Below, piece by piece: positions 36,205 to 38,988 of a stretch of 38,988 bases of DNA. The notes beneath the pieces were generated by a model. That model had not been told where the DNA came from, made no database searches, and saw only the letters and a list, made by a program, of their open reading frames with translations. Position numbers and translations under genes: made by a program. How positions within the stretch are numbered: the stretch's first letter is position 1; every line of letters starts with the position of its first letter. The stretch is from positions 1 through 38,988 of the forward strand of contig NW_021835731.1 of the NCBI RefSeq assembly GCF_006345805.1, given 5' to 3'. The DNA is from Octopus sinensis (Eukaryota).

Positions 36205-36376
36205 TTCCGTTATAGACACACGGCCTGAAATATGTGGGGAGGGGACTAGTCGATTACATCGACCCCAGTGTTTCACTGGTATTTAATTTATCGACCCCCG
36301 AAAGGATGAAAAGCAAAGTCGACCTCGGCTGGATTTGAACCCAGAATGTAGTGACGGACGAAATACCGCTAAGCAT
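36205..36376 (-). mobile_element. SINE family 2 monomer, head-truncated
   Basis: Reverse complement of tail, domain and B-box. Confidence 0.75.
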
Positions 36377-36637
36377 ACCAGAAACACGAGTAAAGTAATA
36401 CGAGCATTTTATGCTGAGCAAAGATGAGCGCATCGAGTGGAATGTAATTGGGGTTGCATAGTTCATTAATGTTTCCAAGATGGCGGTTTCTTGACCCATT
36501 TTTGGTGGGTGCCATTGTTCATATTTCTATGTTATATCTAATGCTCAATCTGCTTTTCATGTTGCATTGTATTTTTCTCCTTCCCCCGTTTATCCTATTC
36601 GCACCTATAAACATTTTAACCATTCCTTGTAATTCTG

Positions 36638-36815
36638 GCAGAATCGGTAGAGTGTAGGCAAAATGTCTTATCTTATTTCTTTTTTTTTTCTGCTTTCAAA
36701 TTCTGTCGAGGTCAACTTTGTACTCCTTTTTCGGGTGCGATGAAATAAAGTACCGGACAAGTAATGCGGTTGATGGCATCGACTAATCTCCTGCAGCCAA
36801 AATTGCTGCCCCTGA
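36638..36815 (+). mobile_element. SINE family 2, degenerate
   Basis: CTGGCAGAATCG head; TTCAAATTCTGTCGAGGTCAAC; AAAGTACC. Confidence 0.55.
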
Positions 36816-36817
36816 GT

Positions 36818-36948
36818 CAATAGTAATACAGTAAAAATAAGAGCATCACAACAAACCACAGCACATACCCAAGGCACACAGAGCTGCGCTCGGTTGTGCA
36901 GTGAAGGCACGTGAATACGACTACTGAATGATGATAATAATAATAATA

Positions 36949-37017
<69 letters not shown>

Positions 37018-37020
37018 CAA
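36818..37020 (+). mobile_element. LINE 3' end with (AAT)n tail, probably R4/Dong-like
   Basis: AGAGCATCACAACAAACCACAGCACATACCCAAGGCACACAGAGCTGCGCTCGG...ACTACTGAA followed by (AAT)n. Family call from memory. Confidence 0.5.
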
Positions 37021-37155
37021 TAATAATAATGATGATGATGATGATGATGATGATAAGATTATATAGGACTGAGGAAACTCCTCCAGAAGTTATACAGAAA
37101 TAAAAATAGAAGTGTGCCATAGTTATCATGTGAAATTGATTGAACGATAATAATA

Positions 37156-37218
<63 letters not shown>

Positions 37219-37220
<2 letters not shown>

Positions 37221-37362
37221 GTTTCAAGTTTTGTCTAAGGTCAGTAGTTTTGGAGGAGGGACTAAGTTAATTACATCGACTCTAATGCTCAACTGGTACT
37301 TATTTTATCGACCTCAGCGTAATTTGAACTCAGAACGTAAAGGCAGACGAAACGCCGCTAAG
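37219..37362 (-). mobile_element. SINE family 2 fragment
   Basis: CTGGTACTTATTTTATCGACC...AATTTGAACTCAGAACG with internal deletion. Confidence 0.7.
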
Positions 37363-37364
37363 CT

Positions 37365-38440
37365 GAGCGAAGCTTTGTGCATTTTAAATATTTGCAGTGT
37401 TTTGTTTTATTTGTGTTATTTTGCAATGCGTTGACAGTCCCCTGAGTAATATGTCATGTGCAATGCCTAGTAGTGTTACTTCCTCTATGTCGTGCATATT
37501 TATAACCCTTGGGGGTTTTTCATTATATTGTTGTCCTCATGTTTTGTAATCATTTCCCAAACACCTATCAGTGCCAGGATTACTTTCCAATCCCCTCCAC
37601 CCTCACCATATATCCCCATTATCTATATTTCCTGATTATTTTGATAATTTCTTCATTTCTCTGAGAGATATATTATCGTCTGTTGGGACTGATATTTCGA
37701 TTCCTAGGCACTTCCTTTCCTGGTGGTCCTTGGCAATAATATCCAACCGATTAGCCTTCGTTTCCGTTCGTGTGTATTGCTATATCCCTAAGTATTGTTT
37801 CGTTGTCATTCTTAGAATTTTTTTCTCTGGTGTATGTTTACGCCAAATCTTTTTTCAGGGTATTTTTCATAAGGCTGACAACTTCCAGTCTCATGTTCCA
37901 GGACGAATCCTGTTTGGGGAAAAGATTGCACAGCCAGAGATAAAGTGATTGTTTCTTACCATTCTCTCCATTTTCAGTAGTTAAAGTATTGTTTCACTCC
38001 ATCCTTTGGTGCTTTAAGATGAGAAAGTCTTGATGCTGCGCTGTAATTTTCACCTTTCAGCCATGGACACTTATCTGTCAGTTTTGAGAGTTTCTTCGTC
38101 TATTTTCTATTTCTACCATGTCGAAAATTTTCTTGAGATGATGGCCATGTTGGGACTTTTCTTGTCATCTCCATGCCATTCTGTAGACCCGGTTTTCGTG
38201 CTGTTTAAACTTATCAGAATGTCGGTTGCTCCTTTCAGCGATTACCCACGATCTCAGCCTCTGTTTCGTATCTGCTGTCATTTTTGAAGATAGAAGACAT
38301 TGTGCTCATGTGACACGCTAATGTGGGTTTTGTAGCTATTTGTATTAATATATTCAACCTATTGGTTACTAGATACTGTTTATTGTTCTACCGGGGGTAT
38401 TTCTGCAATAACCGATATAAAAGTTGGTTGGTTGACTGGT
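37365..38440 (-). mobile_element. R4/Dong-like LINE 3' fragment (restriction-like endonuclease domain), decayed
   Basis: Minus-strand frameshifted peptides ETI/ISGCA, NETILRDIAIHT, KANRLDIIAKDHQERKCLGIEISVPTDDNISLREMKKLSK, IEEVTLLGIAH match the RPD-type REL endonuclease C-terminus. Confidence 0.8.
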
Positions 38441-38614
38441 TTGTTGGCTGGTTGGCTGGTTCATATTCGTAAAGGGAAAAGAGAAGGGACGAGAGGGAGA
38501 GAGAGAGAGAGAGAGAGAAGAGAGAGGCGGAGAGAGAGGAGAGAGCCGGAGCGAGAGAGGTGGAGAGAGAGAGAGGGGCGGGGGAGAGAGGAGAGAGAAT
38601 AAAAGGGAAATCTT

Positions 38615-38805
38615 TTACTATTTTTACTTGCTTCAGTCATAAAACTGCGGCCATGCTTGGGCAGAGCTTTCAAGAATTTTACTCGAATGAATCGACCAAG
38701 GACTTCTTTCTAAAACCCGGAACTTACTCTTTACGGGGATGGGACCACACCAACAGCAGCTGTCAACCGGTGGTGGGGGACAAACACAGACACAAGACTC
38801 CCTAC
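38615..38805 (-). mobile_element. SINE family 1 tail half
   Basis: Reverse complement of the family 1 3' half, degenerate. Confidence 0.65.
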
Positions 38806-38815
38806 CCATATATAT

Positions 38816-38847
<32 letters not shown>

Positions 38848-38851
38848 CACA

Positions 38852-38988
38852 TACAGGCACATAGTAAGAAACTTGCTTCCTAACCACATGGTTTTGGGTT
38901 CAATCCCACTGCGTGGCACCTTGGGCAAGTGTTTTCTACTATGGCCTCGAGCCAATGCCTTGTGAGTGGATTTGGTTGACGGAAACTG
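38852..38988 (+). mobile_element. SINE family 1 head/CORE (runs off window)
   Basis: AAACTTGCTTCCTAACCACATGG...GCGTGGCACCTTGGGCAAGTG. Confidence 0.8.

Noticed and set aside
36380-36640. Coding-like minus-strand segment
   Set aside because: Short broken frames with no recognisable domain.

Overview
Eukaryotic, AT-rich, microsatellite-dense DNA made almost entirely of transposable-element remnants. I find no supportable host protein-coding gene, so the window is intergenic or intronic. The SINE, R4/Dong-like LINE and microsatellite content resembles what I recall of Octopus genomes; this is inference and no search was run. Recognisable parts: (i) a head-to-tail pair of cargo-laden Helitron-like units (<1-2256 and 2257-~5370, minus strand) joined CTAG|TC; (ii) a short canonical Helitron (20132-20530); (iii) a near-complete irritans-type mariner (20648-21936), a decayed mariner (30954-32159) and mariner MITEs; (iv) piggyBac, Chapaev3-like, L1/Tx1, R4/Dong, RTE-like and Penelope-like fragments; (v) three tRNA-derived SINE families, one amplifying an internal 184-bp module 1-5 times. 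Also notable: a 399-bp terminally redundant element carrying a hammerhead-ribozyme-like fold (35581-35979) and an old diverged duplication (6582-7245 vs 8711-10480). Most ORFs in the supplied track are microsatellite artefacts.
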